The notes beneath the pieces were generated by a model. That model had not been told where the DNA came from. It saw only the letters and a list, made by a program, of their open reading frames with translations, and ran no database searches. A stretch of DNA of 64,000 bases, taken from the IMG/VR virus record IMGVR_UViG_3300017780_005043; one strand, given 5' to 3'. The position numbers were made by a program, and so were the translations under genes. This document shows, piece by piece, positions 8,513-18,600 of the stretch. Within the stretch, counting starts at the first letter, position 1. The number at the start of each line of letters is the position of its first letter. The stretch comes from a virus.

Positions 8513-9202
8513 TTACATTCCCCTCATAGTCAGTAATACACTTTCAGGCATTTGTTCTTGATAATAAATACTGTAAATAGAAGGGTCGTACATTTTCATA
8601 TCTAACTTATTAAGCAAAATAGAGGCGTTAATTTGGTCTTGGCGGTCATGTAAATAGCGTGGGTCTTGACTTTGGTTAGCATGAAGCCTAGAACCATTCC
8701 ACATATTATCCTTAGCGGACTTAATCCATCTTTCTATAAATTCTCTTGACTTAGGATTATTAATGTTAACTCCCAACATACTAGAGCTACAATCTTGCAT
8801 TAACTCTGCATCATCCCTCGTAATTCCATGATAGTTCAAAACTCTATCACTTCCTGTTTGAGCGCAATTATAACCACTACGCCAAGCGTAATGTCCTTCG
8901 CCTTCGATTAAATCAAAAATTGGCGTAGGATTTTTCAAGCACCACACTGAACTGTCTAGCCATAAGATATTCGTATATCCCATTTTAATAGCCTCTTCAA
9001 AAGCAGCAGCCTTTACGTTGTAAAGACAATTCTTATCGTAGTTATCATTTGCCCATTCATTCCACACAAATATATCTGCCGTACATCCATGATATATCAA
9101 TGATTCTTTTAATCTTCGCCCACCAGCAGGATACCACCCACCAATACCACAATTAATTACACAATGCTTAATGTGTGATTCCATTTTCTTAATTTTTATC
9201 AA
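8513..9202 (-). CDS. hypothetical protein in the glycan-module context
   Basis: 229-aa ORF flanked by GT genes; no firm motif. Confidence 0.35.
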   Translation of the reverse strand: MIKIKKMESHIKHCVINCGIGGWYPAGGRRLKESLIYHGCTADIFVWNEWANDNYDKNCLYNVKAAAFEEAIKMGYTNILWLDSSVWCLKNPTPIFDLIEGEGHYAWRSGYNCAQTGSDRVLNYHGITRDDAELMQDCSSSMLGVNINNPKSREFIERWIKSAKDNMWNGSRLHANQSQDPRYLHDRQDQINASILLNKLDMKMYDPSIYSIYYQEQMPESVLLTMRGM

Positions 9203-9785
9203 ATCCGTATTTAGTGTGATAATCTTCCTCCCTGTATCTATAATAATACATTACATCATTTATAAACTCTTCGTGTACAAGTAGCCCACTATCTTTTAGT
9301 CTTTTTGAAAAATCTGAATCTTCAGAATAGCGAATGTTTTTAAACCCTATCTGTAAGGCAATAGTCCTTCTTATTGGTGACTTATGGTAAATAGTTCTAT
9401 TATGAGTAAATCCATCTTGTCCTTCAGTCCATTTATCGTACCTATTAGAAGTTATTGCTGTTTCTATTTTACCTTGCATATCGCACTCAATTAAGAATCC
9501 AATGCAGTCAGGTTTAGAGCGAGTAGCTTTAAGAATACTTGAAACGTATCTTTCACTTACGAAGTCATCATCATCAATGAATACCACGAACTCACCCGTA
9601 GCTCTTTCAAGTAGCTTTTGTCTTTTAGCACCAATAGACATTTCCTTGTTATCGCACTCAAATAGAATCTCTACAAAACGGGCAACGGTATCATTAATTA
9701 ACCTTTGCTTGTTAACGAAGTCGAATAGCTTGTCGAATTGTTCTTTACGTGAATCTATGGTACAAATGAGAATTGAGAGAATCAT
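9189..9785 (-). CDS. glycosyltransferase family 2-like protein
   Basis: N-terminal ILSILICTIDSR plus a FIDDDD (DxD) motif typical of a GT-A/GT2 catalytic domain. Confidence 0.5.
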   Translation of the reverse strand: MILSILICTIDSRKEQFDKLFDFVNKQRLINDTVARFVEILFECDNKEMSIGAKRQKLLERATGEFVVFIDDDDFVSERYVSSILKATRSKPDCIGFLIECDMQGKIETAITSNRYDKWTEGQDGFTHNRTIYHKSPIRRTIALQIGFKNIRYSEDSDFSKRLKDSGLLVHEEFINDVMYYYRYREEDYHTKYGFDKN

Positions 9786-9832
9786 ACTTTTATTTTGTTG
9801 CTAAGATAAATTATTTTTCAGAAATAGAGCAA

Positions 9833-10051
9833 TTAATACAACATTTTTTTCCAATAGTCTGGCTTACTGCTTTTAGCAATTAGTTCTTCCTTTCGCTCAA
9901 TGATGTACCTACTCACCCTACTGAACATTGTTTTCTTTTCAAATAGCAGCCATAGTAGGTAGTCAGCAGGTAGTTCACTTATACAAGTGCCTTTATGCTT
10001 ACCGAAGTCCATAGGGAAGGGTTGTTGGTTCATGCTATTTTTCATATTCAT
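9833..10051 (-). CDS. DUF3820-like small protein
   Basis: FGKHKGTCISELPADYLLWLL resembles the DUF3820 signature (fGKhkG..l.e.p..Yl.Wl). Confidence 0.4.
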   Translation of the reverse strand: MNMKNSMNQQPFPMDFGKHKGTCISELPADYLLWLLFEKKTMFSRVSRYIIERKEELIAKSSKPDYWKKMLY

Positions 10052-10271
10052 CTCTTTCTTCTTTGGTATCGAAGTATCTCAATCCTAATTCGTTCTCGCA
10101 ATCGTGTAGGTAGCTTGCATGGTCTGTATCTAAAACAAATACTCCATTTTCGTAGGATTCTGCACACACATCACATTTACAACTACCCTTAATCCTAAAA
10201 AGTGTTTTACCTACTCTATCGCTAAACCAATTGTATCTGGTTTGGTGCGCTTCTATTCTGTGGTATGCCAT
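10035..10271 (-). CDS. hypothetical Cys-containing protein
   Basis: 78-aa ORF. Confidence 0.35.
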   Translation of the reverse strand: MAYHRIEAHQTRYNWFSDRVGKTLFRIKGSCKCDVCAESYENGVFVLDTDHASYLHDCENELGLRYFDTKEERDEYEK

Positions 10272-10282
10272 TACTTTTAAAA

Positions 10283-10984
10283 TTAAAACGGTAATCCAAA
10301 ATTAATTGCTTTCCTTTCGTTATAAACTTTTTCGTCATAACTCCAAAGAGCTTCATTTCTTATGTATAGAGCATCATTGGCTCTACCAGCTCCCCATAAA
10401 TAATGCTCGTGAGAGCATATAACAGTATCAAAAAACTTTATTTTACCTAGTATTTGAGCAACTTCGCTATATTCGTTGTCACACCAAAGGCTCTTATACT
10501 GTGGATGATAAATATACCCAAATCTGTCATAGTAAACTCTACCCATGCAACTAATAGTGCTTATTCTTTTTTGATGCCCGTCAAAGTACCATAAATTTCC
10601 ATCAAGGGTACGGTAAGTTTCTCTCATATCACATCTAATTCTTTCATCCCAAGCCATCAACTTAATATCCATGTCGTCACTAATCACGAACACAATATCC
10701 CAATCTTGGAATCTTTCAGGAATCTTATCGAAGTCAGCGTTAACAGCCTCAATCTTAGTTTGTGAATCGCCCCTACATACTTTGATATTACCAATTGGTG
10801 ATATAGCCTCTGCTTTAGCAATAACTTCATCGGTCATTGTTTCATCGTCATTATCGCAACTAATTAGAAAGAAAGTATCGGCTAAGTTCATGCACATAGC
10901 GTGGTATTCATTTAGAACTTTCAAGAATATTTCAGGTCTGCTTCTCGTTGGTAGTTTAGCAAGTATTTTATATTGTTTTTCCAT
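10283..10984 (-). CDS. hypothetical protein, possibly a GT-A-like glycosyltransferase
   Basis: Candidate DxD motifs (CDNDDE, ISDDMD) in the glycan-module context. Confidence 0.3.
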   Translation of the reverse strand: MEKQYKILAKLPTRSRPEIFLKVLNEYHAMCMNLADTFFLISCDNDDETMTDEVIAKAEAISPIGNIKVCRGDSQTKIEAVNADFDKIPERFQDWDIVFVISDDMDIKLMAWDERIRCDMRETYRTLDGNLWYFDGHQKRISTISCMGRVYYDRFGYIYHPQYKSLWCDNEYSEVAQILGKIKFFDTVICSHEHYLWGAGRANDALYIRNEALWSYDEKVYNERKAINFGLPF

Positions 10985-11002
10985 TCTTTTATTTTTGTAA
11001 AG

Positions 11003-11254
11003 TTAATTATTTTTTTTAAGGAATTTCATTTGCTCGATAAATTCCTCCGAAGGGTATTTCAAGTCCGTTGTGAAGAAGTAAGTGTTGTTGAAAGGTATTG
11101 GCTTATCTAAGTATTGGTTTACAATAAAAGACCTTGTTAAATTGAACTCTTGGCGCATTAGTATTGATGCTTGGCTACTAGAAGAGCTAACATGATACAG
11201 CATCTTTTTATCACCGTTAATCTTCCAGATATATATCGTTTCTAAGTTTTTCAT
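11003..11254 (-). CDS. hypothetical protein
   Basis: 83-aa ORF. Confidence 0.35.
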   Translation of the reverse strand: MKNLETIYIWKINGDKKMLYHVSSSSSQASILMRQEFNLTRSFIVNQYLDKPIPFNNTYFFTTDLKYPSEEFIEQMKFLKKNN

Positions 11255-11434
11255 GTTAAAAAAGATTTAAAAATCATAGGTTAAATAAAATTATTATAGA
11301 TATAAAGTGCAATAAAAAAGACAAGGCGTAAAAAGATTCATCTTCTTTATTGGTTGACTTAAAAAGTTTCCTTCCTGCATCCATTACATGAAGTATAAGG
11401 ATGATAAAAATATAAATTTTCATGCTATGCCGTT

Positions 11435-11707
11435 TCAATTGTAAACTTTGTAATTTGCGAATTGCGAATCCAAAAACTCCCTCTTCTCTCTGAACTCCTT
11501 TAGTAGAATGTCGCAAAGTGAATCGTCTAAGTGCTTATCCCTAAATTTGCTAATTAGAGTTAATAATGGCTCTAGTTGCTCATCAGTAATTACAGAGCGA
11601 ATGATAGTTTGTATTCTACTAAAATCTTTATCTCGAAGTTCTTTATCTACTGAATCAATCTCGTTTAAGGTAAAGGATTCTTTTACTCTTTTTCTAAATG
11701 AAATCAT
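11435..11707 (-). CDS. hypothetical protein
   Basis: 90-aa ORF preferred over the overlapping 11274..11516. Confidence 0.35.
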   Translation of the reverse strand: MISFRKRVKESFTLNEIDSVDKELRDKDFSRIQTIIRSVITDEQLEPLLTLISKFRDKHLDDSLCDILLKEFREKREFLDSQFANYKVYN

Positions 11708-11973
11708 TTGTCTTTGCTTAGTTTATTAGTTCCTATGTGGCACACAGCTTTTTTATTTTCAAAAACTTCAACATCAGACAACACTTTTTCACCATCTTTA
11801 AAGAATAAGTGAACTGTAATAGTGTTTAATCCGTTTGTTGGTAGTTCAATATCAATCCACCCTTCTCTAGTCGGCTTTTTATAGCCTATTCTTTCTGTCC
11901 AACCATCACGCTCGAATGGTATATCCGCTTTTTTTAATGCTTCTGCAAGTCTATCTATTAGTTTCATATTCAA
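11704..11973 (-). CDS. hypothetical protein
   Basis: 89-aa ORF; ATGA overlap with the downstream gene. Confidence 0.4.
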   Translation of the reverse strand: MNMKLIDRLAEALKKADIPFERDGWTERIGYKKPTREGWIDIELPTNGLNTITVHLFFKDGEKVLSDVEVFENKKAVCHIGTNKLSKDK

Positions 11974-11978
11974 TATTT

Positions 11979-12287
11979 TTAAAATGAATTTAATCCTGAC
12001 ATAACCTCTTCATGGAAAGAGAATTGGTATTTTTTATCATCCTCATTTTCTACAAAAGAATAACTATCAACCACCTCTATTTGTTTCTTTAGCCTTTCAT
12101 TTAGTCGAATGATACACATTTCGTATATCTCGTCTTGATGAATTGATTTAGTTGTTAATGAGGGAAATGGAGAATAAATGCCATACCTGTTTTCTAAATT
12201 TGATTCTTTTAATCTTTCAAAAGTTTGGATTCCTTCCAAAATTGAAATAGCGTTTTCAAGCACTTTGATTTTTTGTTTTGTTTCCAT
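11979..12287 (-). CDS. hypothetical protein
   Basis: 102-aa ORF; first gene after the upstream operon terminator. Confidence 0.4.
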   Translation of the reverse strand: METKQKIKVLENAISILEGIQTFERLKESNLENRYGIYSPFPSLTTKSIHQDEIYEMCIIRLNERLKKQIEVVDSYSFVENEDDKKYQFSFHEEVMSGLNSF

Positions 12288-12364
12288 AATGGGGTATTTT
12301 ATATTTGGTTATGCTAAGTTAAATAAAAAATTCTTTTCACCAAATTTTTAACAAAATATTTTAC

Positions 12365-12397
12365 AAAAAAAAAGGTAGCGATATTTCTATCACTACC
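12365..12397 (-). terminator. rho-independent terminator of the long structural/lysis operon
   Basis: On the minus strand, stem GGTAGTGATA / TATCGCTACC (9 of 10 bp) with a 4-nt loop, followed by a 9-T run. Confidence 0.7.
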
Positions 12398-12615
12398 TCT
12401 GACCGTTTTGCAACAATCCTGAAAAGAATCCAAATAGTGAGCTTCAATGAGAGGCTATTGGATTAATATGTCGAGAAACACTAAGGCTATGCGCATAGGT
12501 TGCTCCCTTAGTGTGAAAAGCCAAATAGTAGGTTAGTGCATGAACAATAAATTGTCAATTTCTGTCTACCTGTGGCACAATCTCATTGCAGCAACTTCGA
12601 TTGTTTAGATACCTT

Positions 12616-13284
12616 CTACTTTGCAATCAAAAAACCTACTATAATCCCACCAACAACCAATGCACCTTTAAATGGTATTGTGTTATAGAATTTAGGCTTA
12701 GGCTTCAAAGTATGTCCTTCCAATGTTGTTAGCTTAATTGCTTTATTTTTGTTGTCGAATACTACGCTGTACTCCGATGACTTATACCACTTATCTTTCT
12801 TTTCAGCAATGATGAATGAAGCAGTATCGTAAACAGTAAGAGGTGAATGGTAAAAAGTAGAATCTGTAATCTTCACGGAGAAGTTGTAATAAGGGCTATC
12901 TACCTTAAACTCTCTATCGAATGGGTCGCACGGTAGTTTCTCTGTGAATTTAACGAGTATGCTGTCCGTTTGAAATGTAGTTGTGTATTTAATAATAGCA
13001 TCTGGGTTTTTAAGTTTAAGCCTTTCTAGCTGTTCTCTTAAATCGGCTCTACTTGATAGTAGAATATCTCTTTCAGATTTTACCGCTTTGCCGTACTGAA
13101 CTAAATCACCATTCTCATCTTTGTAAAGGCTCACTTCTTTGCTTAATGCTGAAATCTCTTCTGTCTTTTTAAGCAATAAGTTATTCCTAACTTGCTCCGA
13201 AACAAACATGACCAACAATATAAGTAGTAAAACTACAATGCCTACTCTGTAATAAATTACCTCTCTATCTTTTGGCTCTTGCAT
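12616..13284 (-). CDS. membrane protein with N- and C-terminal TM segments and a coiled-coil (lysis-associated, spanin-like?)
   Basis: Predicted TM at residues 15-30 and a C-terminal GALVVGGIIVGFLIAK; heptad-like region. Last gene before the terminator, next to holin-like ORFs. Confidence 0.4.
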   Translation of the reverse strand: MQEPKDREVIYYRVGIVVLLLILLVMFVSEQVRNNLLLKKTEEISALSKEVSLYKDENGDLVQYGKAVKSERDILLSSRADLREQLERLKLKNPDAIIKYTTTFQTDSILVKFTEKLPCDPFDREFKVDSPYYNFSVKITDSTFYHSPLTVYDTASFIIAEKKDKWYKSSEYSVVFDNKNKAIKLTTLEGHTLKPKPKFYNTIPFKGALVVGGIIVGFLIAK

Positions 13285-13459
13285 TTTTCTTTTTTCTATT
13301 TAAAAAATATAAATCTATTTGCTCAAAAACCAATAAAAAAGCTACGAAAATAAATGTGAAAAATATTATCAGCAAATATATTGAAGAAAATATAATAGCG
13401 ACAAAATCATGAATCCAGTCCTTAATCATTTTCATTTTTATTATATTTTTTTGGCTCAA
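13265..13459 (-). CDS. small membrane protein (holin-like)
   Basis: 64 aa with two hydrophobic helices and a basic C-terminus (RKKKNARAKR). Confidence 0.35.
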   Translation of the reverse strand: MSQKNIIKMKMIKDWIHDFVAIIFSSIYLLIIFFTFIFVAFLLVFEQIDLYFLNRKKKNARAKR

Positions 13460-13619
13460 AATAAGGAATAGCTTCGTTGGCTGCTGTTGCGATTGCCATC
13501 AGAATTATAGTTAATATAGGGTAGCCTTCAGCAAATGCTGTTGCACCTGCTGCTACCCCAAAACCGCTTTTAAGCATTTTTAAAATTATTATAACGTACC
13601 TTCTGGTTCTACTGCTCAT
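13422..13619 (-). CDS. small membrane protein
   Basis: 65 aa with Gly/Ala-rich hydrophobic helices. Confidence 0.35.
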   Translation of the reverse strand: MSSRTRRYVIIILKMLKSGFGVAAGATAFAEGYPILTIILMAIATAANEAIPYFEPKKYNKNEND

Positions 13620-13905
13620 CCCTCTTTTGTTTTTTCCTACCTAAGTGATAAGCTATAATTAATGTACCAAAACCAACTATAATTCGCATACCCATACTAA
13701 CTATCAAATCCGCTTTCGTTAAAGTTTCAGCATTTACATCAATAAATAAAATCTCTGCTGTTCTTGAACGAAGTAAACTATATGAATACTTAGGAAAATC
13801 ACCAAAGAATGTAGCCAACACGCCACAGGTTAAAGCAATAATGTTTAGAAACTCCTTGAATGGGTCGAAAAAAATATTCATATTATGGTTAGGTTTAGTG
13901 AGCAT
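13609..13905 (-). CDS. membrane protein (2-3 TM)
   Basis: 98 aa with hydrophobic segments and a basic C-terminus. Confidence 0.4.
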   Translation of the reverse strand: MLTKPNHNMNIFFDPFKEFLNIIALTCGVLATFFGDFPKYSYSLLRSRTAEILFIDVNAETLTKADLIVSMGMRIIVGFGTLIIAYHLGRKKQKRDEQ

Positions 13906-13915
13906 ACTTTTTTGT

Positions 13916-14212
13916 TTATTTTATTTCTTCACTTACAACTTCTTCAACAATATTTAATGTAGGAACACTATTCGATAATTTAAAAGCCTCTAATTCACCG
14001 TTCAACTTTTCAATTTCTTTCATCATTGAATCTAATGAAGATGAAGCAAAACTAGCGCATTGTAAAATATTGCTATCGTACACAATGCCATCACTTGATT
14101 TTTTAGCTTGGTAGTATAAAAATTCTACCGCATCAAATGGCGTTTTAATAGTCATTACTTTAGGTTCGTTCTCTAAAGATTGTTCTTCTTTTTGTACATT
14201 TTCTTTTTGCAT
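13916..14212 (-). CDS. hypothetical protein
   Basis: 98-aa acidic ORF. Confidence 0.4.
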   Translation of the reverse strand: MQKENVQKEEQSLENEPKVMTIKTPFDAVEFLYYQAKKSSDGIVYDSNILQCASFASSSLDSMMKEIEKLNGELEAFKLSNSVPTLNIVEEVVSEEIK

Positions 14213-14252
14213 ATTGTTTTTTTTAAAGTTTGTAATAACAAATGTAATAAAA

Positions 14253-14630
14253 TTAATTTAAAGGCACACCAACAATGCTTATCTTACCTTCAAATTCAGG
14301 TTCGGTATCATAGATATATTGAACTAAAATTTGTGTTGATATATAGATAGCAGAATATATTGGTGAGTTGTTATCCATCAATACTTTAAATGTGTAAATC
14401 TGTGTTCCATCTGCATTGAAGCAAGGAATAGAGCTGAACATACTAGCAGGTAACTCTTTAAATTGAATCAAATCTACGAAGTCATTAATACTCCATTCGA
14501 TGTCATAGTTCACTACACCTGTTAATGAGCCGTAAGGCGTTACTTTTCCTTTAACTAATGTTCCGTTGGGTATTTCTAATCCGCTAGTAGCGGTTAATAC
14601 CATTGTGTTGTCTTTTGTAAATTGTATCAT
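14253..14630 (-). CDS. hypothetical structural protein
   Basis: 125-aa beta-rich composition. Confidence 0.4.
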   Translation of the reverse strand: MIQFTKDNTMVLTATSGLEIPNGTLVKGKVTPYGSLTGVVNYDIEWSINDFVDLIQFKELPASMFSSIPCFNADGTQIYTFKVLMDNNSPIYSAIYISTQILVQYIYDTEPEFEGKISIVGVPLN

Positions 14631-14700
14631 AATTTAATTGTTTACTTAATATTTAATCGTTTATTTTTTTTTAAAGTTAATTATTTTTTATAAGTTGTTC

Positions 14701-15345
14701 TTAAAAAAACATTAATAATCCTTGCGTATTTACTATTTCTGCAACTTCTTTTACTTCGGTCAACATTATAATATTAGTTGCTGTACTACCGACTTTACAG
14801 GTTTTACTTCCTGATGTCAAACTTGGTGACACCGCACCCCAAGTAAAATTGTTAATATTATCGTTCCACTCAAGCGTTCTTCTTGTGCCTTGTGGAATTT
14901 CTATATAAGCTGTCGTGTTATTACCCCCTATTGCAGCACCAATTATCATTGAATTAGCAGATATAGTAACCGAAGTAGTAATAGGATTAGCAGCCGTACC
15001 ATTGTAAGCAGTATTACCAACTCCAGCACAACCAAGAAATGATACTACAAATGTAGAAACACCATTAAAGTTAGCCCCAGCCATTGTAACTAAGACTGTA
15101 TTAACCCCAGTTAGAGGCGCAGCTAATCTCCAAACAGTCCAATCAGTTGAGTAACCCGTAGATTGCCTTTGTACTAAAGTCATTCCAACACTATTGTAAG
15201 TGACAGATGAAACCGTAGTAGCAGGACAAGCAATAACAACAAATAAATAACCGTCAGCACCACCATTTTGGTTATGACTAAAAGAATAGGTACTTGCTGA
15301 AGGTACTCTCCTGTCCGATGTTGTATTTCCTTTAGTTAATGCCAT
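14701..15345 (-). CDS. Gly/Thr/Ser-rich virion protein (spike/fibre-associated)
   Basis: Composition typical of fibre/spike proteins; adjacent to the 904-aa fibre gene. Confidence 0.45.
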   Translation of the reverse strand: MALTKGNTTSDRRVPSASTYSFSHNQNGGADGYLFVVIACPATTVSSVTYNSVGMTLVQRQSTGYSTDWTVWRLAAPLTGVNTVLVTMAGANFNGVSTFVVSFLGCAGVGNTAYNGTAANPITTSVTISANSMIIGAAIGGNNTTAYIEIPQGTRRTLEWNDNINNFTWGAVSPSLTSGSKTCKVGSTATNIIMLTEVKEVAEIVNTQGLLMFF

Positions 15346-15626
15346 TATATGTAAGGAGTAATATCAGTTATTTCTGTCAATTCATCAACATTTGTAGAGA
15401 TAGTAGTATATCCATAAAACACAGGAATAGTATTAAAATATTCTGCTATTGTTTTTACGTTGGTTTCTAAATCTATTTTGTTATTGCCTACCCAAGTGCA
15501 ATAGTTTGCATAGCCGACATTTACTTGATTGGCTTGATTCACATCAATTAAATAACCTAATGAAGTTTCAAGTAGTTCACCATTAAACAGTTCAAATTTG
15601 CTTACTATGTATTTATATTCTTCCAT
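15345..15626 (-). CDS. hypothetical protein
   Basis: 93-aa ORF; ATGA overlap with the upstream gene. Confidence 0.4.
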   Translation of the reverse strand: MEEYKYIVSKFELFNGELLETSLGYLIDVNQANQVNVGYANYCTWVGNNKIDLETNVKTIAEYFNTIPVFYGYTTISTNVDELTEITDITPYI

Positions 15627-15629
15627 ATA

Positions 15630-18344
15630 CTATACTGAACCTATACATCTCCATTTACTTGTTGCACTATTGTATTGAAAACCTACGGTTAAAGGTAAAG
15701 TTGTTGAACCATTTGATGTAGCTGGTACAGCAACACTACTATTTTCTGTGTTAACCCATGTTATTGTTTGGGCAGAACCACTAAAATCATATATACGAAC
15801 TTGCACTAAATCAGCATCTAACGCTGATGTTGTTGACATTGTAATAGTCATTGTAGCAGCACTGCTATTTGTGAAATTATTAATTCTATTTGCTCGTGTA
15901 ACCGTTCCAGCGTTGGCTGCTACCGTAATAGTGGCAGGTGTATTTGTTATTTGTGGGGCATTTATAACGCCTACAACTTCTAACATAACTCCCGATGTAG
16001 CCGAAGTGTTTTTTCCTATCGCTAAATTATTAAGTATGTAAGAGCCATTTGCTCCTGCTAAATACAACTGATTAACTCCTGCACTATTCATTAATTCAAA
16101 AGTGCCTACATTTCCCTGATTTCTCAAGTACATTGTGTAATTACCTAAAGAATTTTTAGACGTGTATGCGAAATTATCTCCTACGGCTACTGCCTCAAAA
16201 TTTATCGTACTATTTAGATTTAAAATAGCAGTTCCGCCACTTGGAACAGATGCAGAAACTTGACCACCTGAATTTATCTGAAAAATTTGTCGATTTAACG
16301 AATCGTAAATAAGAGAAGCATAAGTACTTCCTGCTGCTAAATATTGCAGCATCGCAAAACTTGTCCTTCCGTATGGGTCAAATCTTATGCCAGTTGCCCC
16401 ATTAACGCCTAATTGTACAACTCCATCATCTCGCAAAGATAAAGTATTTACCGATGAACTATTTTGAAATAATGCCGTTGTTGTTGCTGATGTTGAGCCG
16501 CTGCCCATTACATCAAAGAAAGGTGTTGCTGCCCTATATCTTGCCCCTCCTAAAACTATTCCTTGTGCAAACCACGTAGCTTCATATGGTCTATTCCCTG
16601 ATATAATATTAGTTACGCTTCCATCTGATTTATGAACAGTAAGATAGCCGTTTGTAGAATTGTCTGTCGCTATTTGTACTTGAGGTGTACCGTTATAATA
16701 ATGTCCATATCCAACTTGCCATAAGGAAGTAGAAGGTGAATTGGTGGTTATTCTTGCACCATTTCCACTTAAACCAAATCTAATATCTATATTTGCATTA
16801 TTTGTTTGGTTATACCATTCTATAACTCCACGTGCATCAACATTCTGCAATACATTTGCACCACTAAACATTCTAAACGCATAATATTGACTACCTGAAA
16901 CATTGTCTAAATGTATTCCTACTGCTACTTTATTGGTTGAATCACCAAAATTTATATTTGTAGACTCACCACCGTAAGTTCCATCAAAAGTAGAAGTTAA
17001 AAAACCTACTTTTCCCCTACCATCAAAATAAAAGCCTTTTTTACCAGCACTATTTAAGAATTGCAAATTTTGTGTTGCGGTTGTGCCACTTTTAAGTGTG
17101 AATGTTCTTGCATCGTCTGTTGAGGTTAAGTTAGAATTACCTAAATTGTTTACTGTTAAAGTAGCCCAAGAAGGTAAACCAGCAGCAACCGTTAACACTT
17201 GTCCCGAAGTACCGATGCCTAACCTTGTCATTAAGCCACCAGAATTTCTATACCACGTATCGCCCGTTGCATCCGAAGCATCTATATTGAAGTTAATAGA
17301 TACGGGATTACCTGAATTACCAAACACAATAGACTTATCGCCAAATAATGATAATATTGAAATGTCGCTTGAATTTCTAAACTTTAGAAAGTTTGACGAT
17401 GTAGTGCCATTTAATTTAAAGTACCTTGCGTTGTCCGTAGAGGTTAAATCGGAATTACCTAAATTTACAATATCAGTAGTAAGTGCAATAGTACCACTAG
17501 CATTAGGTACAGTAAGAGTTCTACTTGCTGTGTTACCAGTCATATCTAAGTAGAAGGCATAAGCATTACTATCTACAACCCATCCTAATTCTCCCGTAGC
17601 ACCTGAAAATAATTTACTATTGTTAGCTGCGCCCGTAGGAATAGTAGATTGGTAACGTAAATGAAAGTGACCTGCGCCTGCCGTTCCATCTACTTTTAAA
17701 CTTTGCGCTGTTACTTCAAACGCTCCAACATCCCAATTAGCGGTTAGAGGCACAGTACCATCAGCCTTTAGATACCCAGCGAACGATATTGCGTTCCAAG
17801 TGCCATCGGCTTTTAGGTATTTATTTGCAGCAGCATCGCCAGCAGCAGGAGCAGGTACTAATCCTTTCAACCCTCCACTACCGCTATCACCCACCATAGG
17901 GTCTATAAGAACTGTAACTTGTGCATTAGTTAAACTACCTAAAACGGTAGATGCGGAAAAGTAAGCCAATTGACCTGCCACCCCACTACCAAAAACACCT
18001 GTTGAACCACCGTTATCTGTATTTACTAAATATTCTGTTTTAGATACAATAACTATTTCAGAAGAAACATTATTTCTATTCAATAGGAATGATGTACCTG
18101 AATTAACAATGTTACCAACGGCACTAATAGTGATTGGATTTGTTCCTGCTACACCACCCGTATCATTAACGGTGAATTTTTTAGGATAAAAATCTAAACC
18201 TTGATTTACTATATTCGGCAATACAATTTCAGTAGCCCCTAAATTAGAATTTACATTAATTACATCATCTGCTGCGGACACATTATAAGTTTGTCCACCG
18301 TTGACATAAACTACATTTTTAGGGCTACTTACTAAATTACTCAT
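15630..18344 (-). CDS. large fibre/spike (receptor-binding) protein
   Basis: 904 aa, extremely Gly/Ser/Thr/Asn-rich. It carries an internal repeat pair (NLGNSDLTSTDNARYFKLNG / NLGNSNLTSTDDARTFTLKSG) and a C-terminal beta-rich domain. Confidence 0.55.
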   Translation of the reverse strand: MSNLVSSPKNVVYVNGGQTYNVSAADDVINVNSNLGATEIVLPNIVNQGLDFYPKKFTVNDTGGVAGTNPITISAVGNIVNSGTSFLLNRNNVSSEIVIVSKTEYLVNTDNGGSTGVFGSGVAGQLAYFSASTVLGSLTNAQVTVLIDPMVGDSGSGGLKGLVPAPAAGDAAANKYLKADGTWNAISFAGYLKADGTVPLTANWDVGAFEVTAQSLKVDGTAGAGHFHLRYQSTIPTGAANNSKLFSGATGELGWVVDSNAYAFYLDMTGNTASRTLTVPNASGTIALTTDIVNLGNSDLTSTDNARYFKLNGTTSSNFLKFRNSSDISILSLFGDKSIVFGNSGNPVSINFNIDASDATGDTWYRNSGGLMTRLGIGTSGQVLTVAAGLPSWATLTVNNLGNSNLTSTDDARTFTLKSGTTATQNLQFLNSAGKKGFYFDGRGKVGFLTSTFDGTYGGESTNINFGDSTNKVAVGIHLDNVSGSQYYAFRMFSGANVLQNVDARGVIEWYNQTNNANIDIRFGLSGNGARITTNSPSTSLWQVGYGHYYNGTPQVQIATDNSTNGYLTVHKSDGSVTNIISGNRPYEATWFAQGIVLGGARYRAATPFFDVMGSGSTSATTTALFQNSSSVNTLSLRDDGVVQLGVNGATGIRFDPYGRTSFAMLQYLAAGSTYASLIYDSLNRQIFQINSGGQVSASVPSGGTAILNLNSTINFEAVAVGDNFAYTSKNSLGNYTMYLRNQGNVGTFELMNSAGVNQLYLAGANGSYILNNLAIGKNTSATSGVMLEVVGVINAPQITNTPATITVAANAGTVTRANRINNFTNSSAATMTITMSTTSALDADLVQVRIYDFSGSAQTITWVNTENSSVAVPATSNGSTTLPLTVGFQYNSATSKWRCIGSV

Positions 18345-18600
18345 CTCCTAATATTTCTTTTAATGTTATCTCTCGTATTTTTTTCTTCCTTCCTTCATTG
18401 TCTTTTTTATAAACCAAACAAGTAAAAGAATATTTAATCTCATTTCCTTTTTCGTCTTTCTGTGGCTCTGAAGCATCTATTAAAATTGATATTTGTTTCG
18501 CATCACAATTTAACGAATCAGCTAAATCTTCAATGGTATTTTTTAAAGTATCATTTACTTTTTCTTCCGCATTGAACATACTACCTAAAATTTTAAACAT
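18337..18600 (-). CDS. hypothetical protein
   Basis: 87-aa ORF. Confidence 0.35.
   Translation of the reverse strand: MFKILGSMFNAEEKVNDTLKNTIEDLADSLNCDAKQISILIDASEPQKDEKGNEIKYSFTCLVYKKDNEGRKKKIREITLKEILGDE

Noticed and set aside
11274-11516. 80-aa minus ORF overlapping 11435..11707
   Set aside because: Overlaps a better-supported ORF by 80 nt; the translation looks like low-complexity membrane junk. Kept only as a remote possibility.
15748-17553. Plus-strand ORFs (15748..16041, 17083..17553) inside the 904-aa fibre gene
   Set aside because: Antisense to a long, compositionally coherent gene, with low-complexity translations. The same applies to 45265.., 46358.., 49283.., 55113.., 55222.., 60527.. 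and 60621.. on the plus strand.
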